DNA of 64,000 bases from Octopus vulgaris (Eukaryota). This document shows, in pieces, positions 1-13,319 of this stretch (its first letter is position 1; the number at the start of each line of letters is the position of its first letter). Location: positions 40,052,001 through 40,116,000 of the forward strand of contig OX597830.1 in assembly GCA_951406725.2 (NCBI GenBank). Direction: 5' to 3'. The translations under genes were made by a program, and so were the position numbers. Below the pieces are notes generated by a model. The model was not told the DNA's origin, did no database searches, and worked only from the letters and a program-made list of their open reading frames with translations.

Positions 1-53
1 CACATACATACACATACATACACATACATATTTGCCTACCTGCTTACATACAA

Positions 54-373
54 GGAGGCGCAATGGCCCAGTGGTTAGGGCAGCAGACTCGGCGTCGGAG
101 GATCGCGGTTTTGATTCCCAGACTGGGCGTTGTGTGTGTTTATTGAGCGAAAACACCTAAAGCTCCACGAGGCTCCGGCAGGGAGTGGTGGCTACCTCTG
201 TTGTACTCTTTCGCCCCAACTTTCTCTCATTCTCTCTTCCTGTTTCTTGAGTAACGCTGCAATAGACTGGCGTCCCGTCCAGCTGGGGGGAACACATACG
301 CCACAGAAACCGGGAAACCGGGCCCATGAGCCTGGCTAGGCTTGAAAAGGGTGCATAAATAAAATCAAAATAA
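54..373 (+). mobile_element. tRNA-derived SINE, family A (tail type 1)
   Basis: Head ggaggcgcaatggcccagtggttagggc with A-box-like TGGCCCAGTGG and B-box-like GGTTTTGATTCC; flanked by cttacataca (43-52, 374-383); same head at 46610 and 50642 on the minus strand. Confidence 0.85.
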
Positions 374-374
374 C

Positions 375-405
<31 letters not shown>

Positions 406-1104
406 CATACATACATACATACATACATACATACATACATACATACATACATACATACATACATACAAGTTCTTATACCATACATGTTTTTATTATTCAT
501 TCTTATTCTTACACTTCTCAGTATCGAATTCTCCTGTCCCACATTGCTTCAAGCAATGGTGACATCATTAACCAATAATATCCCATTTATAATTTTTTTC
601 CAAGCAACGTTCGCTATGTTAATTCTATGTGTGTGTGTGTGTGTTATTTTATTCTTTGATTTGTTTCAGTCATTTGCGGGCCATACTGGAGTACCGCCTT
701 ATAAAGGAATAAATAAAGTTCATAAATTCGTGCAAGTTGTCTTGTGGAGAACTCCACGTCAACGCGATCATCCTTTCTAGTCAAAGCCACACAATTCACG
801 TCTGAGTATTTTTATTTATGACTCGAAACAGTGAATCCCTGATGTCTACTTTTTGGCCCAACATAGTCAATGAGATCAAACAAGTTGACGGGATGCCTAA
901 ATACATTATCACTTATCAATTGACCCCAGGACTTATTCTTTATAAGGCGGTACTCCAGGACTTATTCTTTATAAGCCTATTACTTATTCTATCGGTCTTT
1001 CTTTGCCGAACCGATAAATAACGGGGACGTAAATACACCAACATCGGTTGTCAAGCGATGGTGGTGGGGACAAACACACAGACACACACAAATATATAGG
1101 GTGA

Positions 1105-1425
1105 CTCCTTTCAGTCATGAGTGACCATGGGACTGCACCTAGAAAGTTACCCTCCCAGGCACAAATCCAGGTAAAGTTGTTTATAGAAGACCAGCAGTCG
1201 ACCATGTATACCAGCTTCCCCTCTCCACACCACTGATGTTTTCCAAAGTAAAGGCAAAGGGGCCGATACAGCTTGGCACCAGTGATGCCACAGCTCATTT
1301 CTACAGCTGAGTGAACTGGAGCAACGTGAAATAAAGTGTCTTGCTCAAGAACACAACACGCAGCGCGGTCCGAGAATCGAACTCACAACCTCACGATCGT
1401 AAGCTCGACGCTCAAACCATTGAGC
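1105..1425 (-). mobile_element. tRNA-derived SINE, family E
   Basis: Co-linear with 40317-40640 (gaccatggga.tgcacctagaaagttaccctcc ... gctcaagaacacaacacgc ... cgtaagctcgacgctc). Confidence 0.75.
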
Positions 1426-1555
1426 TTCTTTCAATTTCCGTCTACCAAGTCCACTCACATGGCTTTGGTTGGCTCGAGGCTATAGTAGACGATATTTACC
1501 CAAGTGGTTGGGAAACAAACTTGTTACCGCATATACACACACGTATTCGTATGTA

Positions 1556-2146
<591 letters not shown>

Positions 2147-2279
2147 ACACTGTCCCTCTGTTATCCCAATATACTGTTTGTATTGTCAGCCTAGGTCTGT
2201 TTCGGCCGATGTGATCTTTGTTTCATATTATACATTACAGCAAAAGGATTTCAAACAGGGATACAACAATCATGCTTTC

Positions 2280-2515
2280 AGACACTTCAAAGTATAGAAA
2301 GAGCATACTTACTTCGTTTATTTCTCTCACAAATGAGAAGTGTGTTAATGACAGATATAACATCGGATCGACGGCTTTATATGACATTAAGAACTCAAAA
2401 GTTTTAAATGTTAATGCATGTTCTGAATTTAACAATAACATAAGAAACAAAAAAAAAATGTTTGCATCAACCGAAATGTGGAAATTTGAATAAAATATTG
2501 TACGAGTGCTTTTCT
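2280..2515 (+). pseudogene. Decayed Tigger/pogo (CENP-B/Jerky-like) transposase N-terminal fragment
   Basis: DRYNIGSTALYDIKNSKVLN...RNKKKMF, then in a shifted frame NLNKILYECF; resembles the CENP-B-type HTH (YGIGxSTVYDIKKN...LDKALYEWF). Confidence 0.5.
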
Positions 2516-3252
2516 TTTGTTTTGTTTTGTTTTATTGTTTTGTTTTGTTTTTATTTTGTTTATTTGAAATGGCTGGGGGAGTGTAGTTATATCTACTGTT
2601 CTTTCCTTCAACGCTACGTGCACAAAACGTTTATCTTGTGCGTATAATCTTTTACTTGTTACAGTCATTAAACTGCGGCCATGCTGGGGCACCGCTTTAA
2701 AATTTTTTCAGTCGAACGAATCGCCTCTAGTACTTATTTCTTTTTAAGCCTGGCATTTGTTTATCGGTATTCTTTTGCCGAACCGCTGAGTCACAGGACA
2801 TAAACAAACCAACACTAATTGTCAAGTAATGGGAGGCAAAATACAGACACGAATACACACACAAACACGCGCGATCACACACTTACATACGCATATATAT
2901 ATATGTGTGTATGGGTACTATTTTCCTTGTTTCAGTCATTTGACTGTGGCCACATTGAAGCACCTCTTTAGTCGAACAAATCGACCCCAGGACTTATTCT
3001 TTGTAAGCCTAGTACTTATCGGTCTCTTTTGCCGAAGCACTATGTTACGGGGAAGTAAACACATCAACATCGGTTGTCAAGCGATGGTGGGGAGACAAGC
3101 ATAGATACCCAAATACACACAGATACGCACACACATACACACACACACACATATATATATATCCCTTTACTAGTTACAGTCAGTAGACTGTGGTCATGCT
3201 GGAGCACCACCTTGATATATATATATATATGTATATATATATACATATATAC

Positions 3253-3355
<103 letters not shown>

Positions 3356-3485
3356 GGAGTAAACACATAAATGTGAAACAAGGTGGAAAAAGAGTACTCA
3401 AATGCCAGGGGTAGAGTAATATGCTTTATTTAAAAGCAGCAGAAATTCAACAAAATTTGTTGAATTTCTGCTGCTTTTAAATAAA

Positions 3486-3527
<42 letters not shown>

Positions 3528-3774
3528 GACGGTCTGTGAAGAAACATCTACGAAAATGCCAGATCCGAGAGTCCAAAGTGCATATCAGCGCAACACAGCC
3601 GCAACTGGGGCAGCCTTAGAATCTCCGCAGCCATATTAATACATCAACGGAAGCCGATTATCAACATCAGAAGAGAGTTACATGAAGCTAGCTGGTAGCT
3701 TGTTATAACAACAACTTTCTGCGCGTGTCTACTCTCCACATACTCACACACATGCAGATCTGCAACATTCGCTA

Positions 3775-3812
3775 ATTCCTGAGGAGAAGATTATAACCCC
3801 GAAATATTGAAT
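3775..3812 (+). ncRNA. Minimal type I hammerhead-like motif (decayed stem II)
   Basis: attc-CTGAGGA-gaagattataacccc-GAAA-ta-TT-gaat; stem I attc/gaat, palindromic stem III (aatatt); stem II mostly unpaired. Confidence 0.5.
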
Positions 3813-3990
3813 GCAAGGTAAGTGACCATTAATTCATATGCCTTTTTCCTTGTGATTTACCTTGGATTTATTTCGCATTGTTCCGACCTTACCCACGAAT
3901 TTTTATACAATACATTCCAAACAATGCTTCATAGTAACTATTCCATATATTTGTGTGTGTGTGTATGTATATATATATATATATGTGTGT

Positions 3991-4059
<69 letters not shown>

Positions 4060-4473
4060 TATACATAAATACATACATATATATATATACTCACACACAT
4101 ACGTACGTGCGTACATACATTCATACATAGACGACGGGATTCTTTCAGTTTCCGTTTACCAAATCACTCACAAGGCTTTGGTCGGCCCGAGGCTTTGGTA
4201 GAAGACACCTTACTACAAAACTTCTTATCACAAAGCCACGCGATTTAACCAAAGTTAAATATTTTAAAGAGTAAGTGAATTTAGACTTTCCTATACATCA
4301 TGGTTAAGAAACTTCCTTCCTGTTATAGGTGCAGGCGTGGTAAGAAGATTACCTAGCAACCGTGAGGCTTTGGGTTTAGTCCTGCTGCACAGCAACTTAT
4401 GGTCCCGGGCCGCAATATTTTTATGACGAGAAACTAATAATTCTACCAGTTCATCGCTATGCAGTTAACATAT

Positions 4474-5498
4474 AACAAGAGCACTCAGAGAGCGCAAACT
4501 TCCACCAAGGCAACACCAACGTCCTCTCAATGATTAGCCGGAGATGATTTTTAAAATGAGAATATCTGAAATAAACTCGGCTGATCTTACAAACAAGAAT
4601 ACTAAAAATGAATCCGACCGCTCTCAAAAATGAAGTAAAATAATCCAGAATCCTTGTCCGGTACTTAATTGATCCCAATGGTAGTCATGGAATGAGAAGG
4701 TGGGTGAGCAGGCCGTGTTTGTAATCCTGTGTGTGTGTGTCGTCTGTAGTGGGAACTGTGGACAGTTCTCTCTATGGAAGCCTTTTTTAGTCTATCCACT
4801 GATATAATGTCTTTACGACCATTAAGGTCTATAGTGAAAAATTAATCCGTACGTGAAATAAAACGGAAAGGACTGCATACAGTGCTGTTAACTGAGGTTT
4901 AACAATATCGTTGTGCACAACAACATGAGTCAAGAAGTAAAGCTTCCTTTAAGGCCGAGCTAGAAATGCAATTGTCAAGTAGGTAAGAGGCTTTAAACAG
5001 GATCGGTATATTCAAAATTGGTAAAGCTAAAAATTGTCGCGGATAAATTAAATTTATTATTGTTACTGAATTTTAGTGTTATTTAATTTCTAAATGGTTT
5101 GGCTGCTGTTTCTTTATGTAGTTTGATTTCTTTATCCATCAGTTTCTACTAAGATAGAGACGCGAGTAAAATTAATAATAGAGAAACGAAAAGAAAATTT
5201 AGGAAACAGCAAGGCCGCCATAACTTACGTGCTTTCAAGAGAGATAATCAGAGAAAGATTTGATGTCAACGTAAGATCCTAATACTTCATGTAAAGTAAA
5301 TATAATAAATAATCCAGAATCCTTGTCCGATACAGGATCGATCCCAAAATATAATCAGTTCGTGCCAGTCACGAGGCCAAACATCCCTGAAAGTTTCATC
5401 CGAATCCATCCAGCGGTTCTCGAGATAGCTTGTCCAAGGACAAACAAACAAACATGACTGAAGACAATACCTCCGCCATCGCTAAGAGGGAGGTAATA
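4474..5498. mobile_element. Helentron/HINE-like non-autonomous element in two parts (4474-4680, 5300-5498)
   Basis: Terminal hairpin tacctcc...ggaggta (5468-5495), (CAAA)n near the end, segment aaataatccagaatccttgtccg duplicated at ~4638 and ~5307; class assignment is inference. Confidence 0.5.
4770..4935 (-). pseudogene. Ty3/Gypsy integrase C-terminal (GPY/F) fragment
   Basis: Minus strand reads LTHVVVHNDIVKPQLTALY / SPFRFISRTD*FFTIDLNGRKDIISVDRLKKASIE, matching the pattern HVFVRxDxVxxPLxxPYxGPF...FTIDxxG...VSIDRLK. Confidence 0.75.
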
Positions 5499-5555
5499 AT
5501 TATGTATTAGTTATCTAATACACGGGCTAAAAGATATAAAATAAGCATATTTTTT

Positions 5556-5757
5556 ATTCTTTTATTTGTTTCAGTAATTTGACTGCGGCCATGCTGGAGG
5601 ACCGCTTTTAGTCGAACAACTCGACCCCAGGATTTATTCTTTGTAAGCTAAGTACTTAATCTATGGGATTCTTTTGCCGAACCGCTAAGTGGGACAGAAA
5701 CACACCAACATCGGTTGTCAAGCGATGGTGGGGGGAGGACAAACTCAGACACACACC

Positions 5758-5801
<44 letters not shown>

Positions 5802-6073
5802 TTAATCCAAACGGGAAAACAGAAAAAACAACAACACGTGGAACAATTACAGTATTATTATTATTAGGCGCTCAGGAAAATGGAAGAATATATATATATA
5901 TATATATATACGACGCGCTTCTTTCAGTTTCTGCCTACCAAATCCACTCACAAGGCTTTGGTCGGCCAGAGGCTATAGTAGAAGACACATGCCCAAGGTG
6001 TGACGCAGTGGGACTGAACCCGGAACCATATGGTTGGGAAGCAAGCTACTTACTACACAGCCACTCCTGCGCC
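5556..6073 (-). mobile_element. tRNA-derived SINE, family B (internal microsatellite carrying a 90-bp insert)
   Basis: Head ggcgcaggagtggctgtgtagtaag...ccgggttcagtccc; tail ...ccagcatggccgcagtcaaa; more than 10 copies or fragments in the window. Confidence 0.85.
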
Positions 6074-6094
6074 TGGATATCGATATATATCGAT

Positions 6095-6353
6095 TTTAAA
6101 TTCTTGGCGCAAGGTCAGCAATTTCGTGGGGGATGTGGGGGGGGATTTGGGTGGATGCGAGGGGTATGTAGGGGGAAACGGTGGAATAAGTCGATTACAT
6201 CGACCCCAGTGTTCAGCAGGAATTTATTTTATCGATCCTGAAAGAATGAAAGATAAAGTGAACCTCGACGAAATTCGAACTCAGAACATGAAGATGAATG
6301 GAATACTGCAGAGCATTTTGCTTGGCCTGCTAACGATTCTGCCACCTGGCAGC
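6095..6353 (-). mobile_element. SINE family C (Meta-domain-like core)
   Basis: Diverged copy of 17190-17405. Confidence 0.7.
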
Positions 6354-6773
6354 CCTGGTAAAACATAAAAGACTGTAGCTTACCTTAGTTCATTAATCAT
6401 ACTTAGGTATGATAACAAAATTAGGAATATGTTTCTCAAGGCATTAAATTTTCATTCAGATTTTGCTTTCAATACATTAATGTAGATTTTCCGAAGCAAT
6501 CAATCATATATTTGTTTTTAATCCGTGACGTACCGTTCGAATAAAACACTGTACTGTTCTATATTTCTATTTCTTTTTTACTGTAACACTTTACAGTAGC
6601 GAAATATAAGCATCGAGAAATAAAACTCCCAAGAAAACGGAACTTTCGCAATAACGGCATCTTAAATCCCTCCAGGTAGCCGCTATTTTGGGTAGATTAT
6701 TATCAAACAATGCTTCTGTTGATTTCGTCAGTGAATTTGAATCAGCGTCAGAAAGAGTCTGCATAGTCGTACG

Positions 6774-6835
<62 letters not shown>

Positions 6836-7682
6836 TTCTCTCTCTCTCTCTCTTTCTTTCTTTCTCTCTTTCTTTCTCTCTCGCCCTCTCTGTCGCCTTT
6901 CTTTCTTGCTTCCTGTCTCTCTCCCTCTCTCTCTCTCTCGCTTCTAACCTCTAACTCCAGTTTTTTTTTTTAAATACAAAAAAACAAGTTCTTGTTATTG
7001 TAGAATCGTTACCATTGTTTAGCCCCAAACTATCTTGATCATGCTGATTTATGATCAACGGCATTCCAACCGTGATCGTCCCTTTTGTTTTCCATTTTTG
7101 CTATGATCTTCTTGTCTTTTGTTTTTGTTTTTGTTTTTTGTTTCTTCTTTCTTTTTGTTTATTTTTATCTAGGTCTCCAATGATCAATATTTCCTGTCAT
7201 TTTTAAAAGAATAGAGTATGACAAGAGAATGAAATTTAACTGCTATTTCTAGCAGATAGACCGGCCATATAGTGGCTCCTTCGTTGACTCGACAAAACAC
7301 ATGTTGATACTGTTGTTAGTTGTTTAGCTCTAGGTCAGCCTTAATCCAGTCAAGGTGCTCTATGAGTGAAGATTTATTCAAATATAATGCATCTAAAAGG
7401 ACATTTCTAATATAACACTTTTTCAACCCTTTTTCTTATGACAAGAGGGTGAGATTTTAGAGAACTTTTTCAGCTATTTCTAGCAAATCCGATAACCATG
7501 TAGAGGTACAAAAGGCTGCAAAAATGGTGTATATTGTCCTCTGAAAACTAATTCATCAAAAGTTCCATTAAAGCGTGGGAATGGCTCAGCAGTGACTAAA
7601 TATTCTTCAAAGTCAATACATACATACATATATACATACATACATACACACACATACATACACACATACATAATACATACAT

Positions 7683-7717
<35 letters not shown>

Positions 7718-7947
7718 TACATACATACATACATACATACATACATACACACACATACATACATACACACATACATACATGCACAAAGACGCAAATCCAT
7801 ACATATATATATATATACATACATACACACGCATATATGTACGTATATTTATATATATATATATGTATGTATATATATATATATATATATACATATACAC
7901 ACACATATATGTATGTATGTGTGTGTATATATATATATATATGTAAA

Positions 7948-7983
<36 letters not shown>

Positions 7984-8619
7984 TGTATGTATGTATGTAT
8001 GTATGTGGTGAATACTGTCTGTCACCTTTAACTTCTTTCTTTTTGCTGGCACTTTTTCATTTATTTCTTTTTGTGTCTACTTCTTTAATTCTCTCTGTCT
8101 CCCCCCGCCTCTCTCTCCCCCTCTCTCTAAAAATAACTACGAGCCACAAAATACTAGACATATCAAAACACATACATAACATGCACAAAATATGTCGCAT
8201 ATATATACTTCGAGACACAGATGTACGTACATACGTATATGCATATATATAATTACAATTAGAACCTACTAATATATACATGAAAAGTAAATGGTTTTAC
8301 GTCGGTCTCGACGGTGAGTATTCCAAACTGAACTACCTACTCCTTGAATTAGTGTATTAGAGGCTGAATACTCCATATACCCTTCATGTAGTCAGTTCTC
8401 TGGTAGAATTGGTGTGACATAGTGGGTGACAATGCTAGTCTTTTTACAATCCATCCGGCGGGATTTCAGAGTTTTTGTCTAACCGATGTTATCTTGATTT
8501 TTTTGGCAATTCGAGACAATGGTAAAAGACACTTACCCAAGATATCAAACATTGACATTATGATTGCTAAACGAAATTTTTTAATCATTTGGCCATGCCT
8601 GCATGCATGCATGCATACA

Positions 8620-8983
8620 TACATGTTCAGGTTTATAGCTGTAACCATTGGGGTACTGGGATATGTAACACATTGCCTAAATACCAATCTTGAGAAATTA
8701 GGCTTCTCAAAACACAAAGGTGAAAATTGATTCGAAGACTACAGATTCAAGTCATCACTGGAACTGTAAAAGTCTGTAAAACTTTCCAGAAGTTTATCAT
8801 TTAAGTATATATTAGCATGTCTAGCTATGCAGTTATATGCATGAGAATACATACATAAAGAAAAATATATAAATCTGCACGAATACATACATACAAAAAT
8901 ATCCTGTTGGTATGATTGAAATTCTAATGAAGGAGCTTTGGATCTAGGTTACAAACTGGCTCTTTTTCTATTGGCAAGAAATC
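8620..8983 (+). mobile_element. 3' end of an RLE-type (R4/Dong-like) non-LTR retrotransposon
   Basis: YMFRFIAVTIGVLGYVTHCLNTNLEKLGFSK / KLIRRLQIQVITGTVKVCKTFQKFII* (stop 8802-8804) resembles the PxxIGALG C-terminus of restriction-like endonuclease LINEs; 3' UTR shared with 18675-19052. Confidence 0.7.
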
Positions 8984-9019
8984 CATATATATATATATAT
9001 ATATATAAATTAATTATAG

Positions 9020-9201
9020 TGCTAGGAAAAAAAACTCACCCATTACATCAACTCGATCAGGCGACATCAAACGATATAATTTTGGAGGGAGATACGAATT
9101 CGCCTGTCTATATAAATGTGGAGATGCTAACGGACCGTTATATCGTTCGATGTCGCCTGATCGAGTTGATGTAATGGGTGAGTTTGTTTTTTTTCCTAGC
9201 A
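9020..9201. repeat. Long inverted repeat (about 60-bp arms, 58-nt spacer)
   Basis: 9020-9079 vs 9138-9201: one mismatch plus a 4-nt indel. Confidence 0.9.
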
Positions 9202-9562
9202 TTTCTAGATTTATAGGAAATATTATGTTGACAAGGAAATGAACCTTCGGTTCTAATCTAGAAACGAATTCGTCCATAATTAATCCAAATAGGCTGGGAT
9301 TTCGTTGTCTTCTTTCTCTTTACCATATACGGGTTACAAATTCTGTTTGTTTGCGGAGACTTTTTTACTAGTAGTAGAAATAGTGACCTATTTGGCTGGT
9401 ATTGCTAATATTTTCGGTATGTGGTTTTGAGCAACTCGTTGCAATTAACCCTTTATTATAATTAATATAATCCTTACCAAAAATGGTCTTTTCCATACCG
9501 AAAAAACTACTAGGTGAAATTTATTAATTCTATTAAATTAATTATATTTCACCCTTTATGTG

Positions 9563-9614
<52 letters not shown>

Positions 9615-9678
9615 AGAGAGAGACAGAGACAGACAGACAGACAGACAGACAGATAGACAGACAGATAGATAGATAGAC

Positions 9679-9727
<49 letters not shown>

Positions 9728-9754
9728 TAAGGGAAATGGAAAATGGGGACACTC

Positions 9755-9942
9755 ACTAAATGAATTAAAGGCATGACTGATCTGGATAACTGGGACCGCC
9801 TTAAAACCTTGAAACTCTACTCTCTATAGCGCCGCCGCGAGCAGTACGTCATTTGCACGATGTCGAGAATATACCGCCAGCATTGCCCAAACGACCTGAA
9901 CATTAGCTTCAAGGTTCATCCAACATTAGCTTCAAGGTTCAT
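9755..9942 (+). pseudogene. CR1/L2-group LINE ORF2 post-RT fragment
   Basis: TK*IKGMTDLDNWDRLKTLKLYSL*RRREQYVICTMSRIY matches the YxERLxxLxLxSLERRR motif; ends in a 21-bp direct duplication aacattagcttcaaggttcat (9899, 9922). Confidence 0.8.
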
Positions 9943-10269
9943 TCATTGTTAGTGACGGAAGCAGTAATGGCTCAGTGAAGCATTCTACGCATCTTACTTA
10001 ACGTGGATATGCTATATACGTTTATTAATCATTGTACTATCGAAAGCTACAACACTGTGTTATTCGTCTTGAGAAAGCTTCTGGTATTGAAGTACAGTGC
10101 TAAAACTCAGAGAAGTGTATCAGTAGCGCAGACGGAAAGTGTCTTTCAGTAGTGGGTGGTGGTGGTATTGGTGGTGGTGGTGGTGGTTTTGGTGGTGGTG
10201 GTGGTGGTGGTGGCGGCGGCGGCGGCGGTGGCGGTGGTGGTGGTGGTGGTGGTGGTGGTGGTGGTGGGA

Positions 10270-10314
10270 TTGCTAGATCATGATTTCTCCGTCCTTGCAC
10301 GTCATCAGTAGCAA
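10270..10314 (-). ncRNA. Type I hammerhead ribozyme candidate
   Basis: Minus: ttgcta-CTGATGA-cgt(gcaagg)acg-ga-GAAA-tcatga-TC-tagcaa; 6-bp stem I extendable by gga/tcc, palindromic stem III, AUC site; 2 extra nt before GAAA. Confidence 0.6.
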
Positions 10315-12270
10315 GGATCCACTATCGACCGCGCACATAAACAAATCTTCCCTCTGCTGACAGAAAAAACAGCGATTAACAAACCACCGGTAGCGGAAGT
10401 GGCTGGTGGGTCAGGTAAAAATTCGTTAGTGGTGAATTATTAGACTTAGCTTAGAATTATAAGTTCATTTTACTAATAGAGAATTATCACAATGATTAAT
10501 AAACGTATAGCTGCAGGTGGAAGTGTTACAATAGTCAATCATATATGCAAATGACAAAAACAATGGATCATAACAAACGTTTGATGTAATGTATGCTATC
10601 CGTTGTGAAATTTTCAATCAATCGAAAACAAAAGATTTGTGTTTAAATAATAGCGTATTGATTTATTTCTACATTAACGAAATGAATAAGGGTTAGAAAA
10701 TTGCTGAGTCAATAAAAGAACAGGAAGTTATGTAAAATATATTGTGTAGAATAGTGATCTAAATAGAAATAAGAACTAAGGTGTTCGTGGAATTAAGAAA
10801 ATGTATAGAAATTTGCGTTTGGTAGGGGTACAAGTTGTATTTTTATCTATTTGTGTATGCTACCGTTTTGAAACCTCGAAATGCATTCTATATTTTGTTC
10901 GAACTAGATAAAAGTAAAGGTTTCCGTTGTGCGTAGTTGGCAAACATTTTTCTTTGTAACTTATGACTTAACCACGGAGTGTATCTTCCTTTTTAGATTG
11001 TAGCTAGTAAATGTTGGTCTAACTGTTAAGCAAATGTACGCATTGGATTTCAAAGCTCAAAGTTGAATGTAATTGGCAAGCTTTATTTTCTTTATGAATA
11101 TCAGACTTCAATAAGAAATGCATCCTCTCGTTTATGGTGTAGTTAGTTTTTTACAGTTTTGCACTACAGATAAAATTCACGAGTGGCGCATGTTAGGCTC
11201 TGTTTTGATCATAAAATGTGTATAAATGCCGGTTGTATCTTAGTTTGAATAGATTGGCAGTAAGGCAGGTATATGTTATAGATAAGTGTTTTATATTAAT
11301 CGTAACTTGGTACACAATATTTATCATAACATATGAATACTATCCGGCCGGATAAAATTCACTGTATTAAAAAGAAAGAAGAAAGTGAGATAAGAACATA
11401 ATTATTAAATTTTCTAAAAAGATTTCTATAGAATGATAATTATGGGTATATCGAATTTTGTAGAAATATTGGTTTGAACCTAATACAAGGATATTGAGCA
11501 ACCAAGACTAATATTACATATCGCGCGTTTATTCAGTGGGCTGGTAGTTTAGTTGATCAAACATTTGGACGACCGGCTTATTGAATTAGAGTGCTAAATA
11601 TCCGATCATTCTCTAGAAACAAATACCATTAACGTAATTCGCAAGAAGAATCTATCAAATAAAGTGTAACATGACAGGACCTTTGAATTACATCCAGTGG
11701 CAGCCTATCCATGGAGCTTCTGTACACTCTTGCTCAAGCTACCACGCAGGAAGTTTGAACTTAAGACTTTGTTGTTATGAAACGAACCTCTTAACATTTC
11801 AGCTCTGCTTTCGTCAAACTATGTGTGCGCGCGCGTGCTTGTGTATGCATATGGATGACAATATATGCGTGCTTGTATATGTATATATGTATACACATTC
11901 ACATACACTCACACACAAACAGACATACACATACTATCTATGCGTGTTTGTCTGACAGTGTATGAGTGTGTGTGGTGTGCATGTATATACACACATAAGG
12001 ATGCGCGCGCACACACACACACACATTGTAAGGTACATTGATGGCTTCTCGCAATAAATACTTGGTTAAATGCACGAAATATTGTCTTGTGTAATAGCAT
12101 GCTGCTTTATTTTGGCCTTAAATTCCTATAGGGGAAGCCATTCTCTGTAACCCTGCAGACAAGGTCTCGAATCTGAGCATAATTTCCAATAGTTTCAGAC
12201 CCTTCCTCCAGCTTAGGAGGTCTTGAAATATGATTTATTGGCTCTAACTATCCGCTTGTGAATAAGCCAT

Positions 12271-12331
<61 letters not shown>

Positions 12332-12397
12332 GTATATATGTATATATATATATGCATATATATATATATACATATATATACATATATATATATACCA

Positions 12398-12501
<104 letters not shown>

Positions 12502-12619
12502 CTTTACTTCTTTCAGTCATGCTGGTTATATACGTATATGTATCGTTGCTATTATGTTAAAGTGACGTATGTCCAAATTTGGCCAAATGCGTTATTTTTT
12601 CAATACTTAATTTTGCTTG

Positions 12620-12868
12620 CAGTAGCCGATTCTTTTGGTCAAACTATCGTATCTCCACCTCCTTCGGATAAAAATTGTCTACCTTCGAAACGCGGAGTAA
12701 GAAACCGGGACAGCTGATGAAGGGAATGTTCTTTGTGTTGCATGTCTCGTTTTTCTATTTGTTTCTTTCGTTGTTCGAAAAAAAGTTTGTTTTCTATGTT
12801 TTTGTTTCTATGTTCTCGTTTTTCATTTTGTTCACGTTTTTTTTATGTCCTGTACCCATATATGCATG
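12620..12868 (+). mobile_element. TA-associated repeat with reversed-order hammerhead-like motifs (copy a)
   Basis: cttcGAAAcgcggagTA...gacagCTGATGAaggg (12683-12724); ends tcctgtacccatatatgcat like copies c and d. Confidence 0.6.
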
Positions 12869-12887
12869 TATATATATATATATAGAT

Positions 12888-13025
<138 letters not shown>

Positions 13026-13030
13026 GGATG

Positions 13031-13070
<40 letters not shown>

Positions 13071-13071
13071 T

Positions 13072-13123
<52 letters not shown>

Positions 13124-13249
13124 GTATGTATATATATGTGTGTATATATGAATATATTTATATATTATTTATATTCTATATATATATATATATATTCATA
13201 CATACCTCCCTACATTCATACAAATATATACATACATACACACACACAC

Positions 13250-13319
<70 letters not shown>

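Noticed and set aside
54-130. tRNA gene calls for tRNA-like heads (54, 20929, 29170, 40640, 50642, 57454)
   Set aside because: They lack a proper acceptor stem and continue into SINE bodies; not genuine tRNAs
720-915. Possible Gypsy pol fragment (STFWPNIVNEIKQV)
   Set aside because: Only one short motif resembles it; insufficient without a search
12185-12241. Hairpin ccaata-gtttca-gacc...ggtc-ttgaaat-...tattgg
   Set aside because: Has GAAA..UH but no CUGANGA in register; treated as a simple imperfect hairpin
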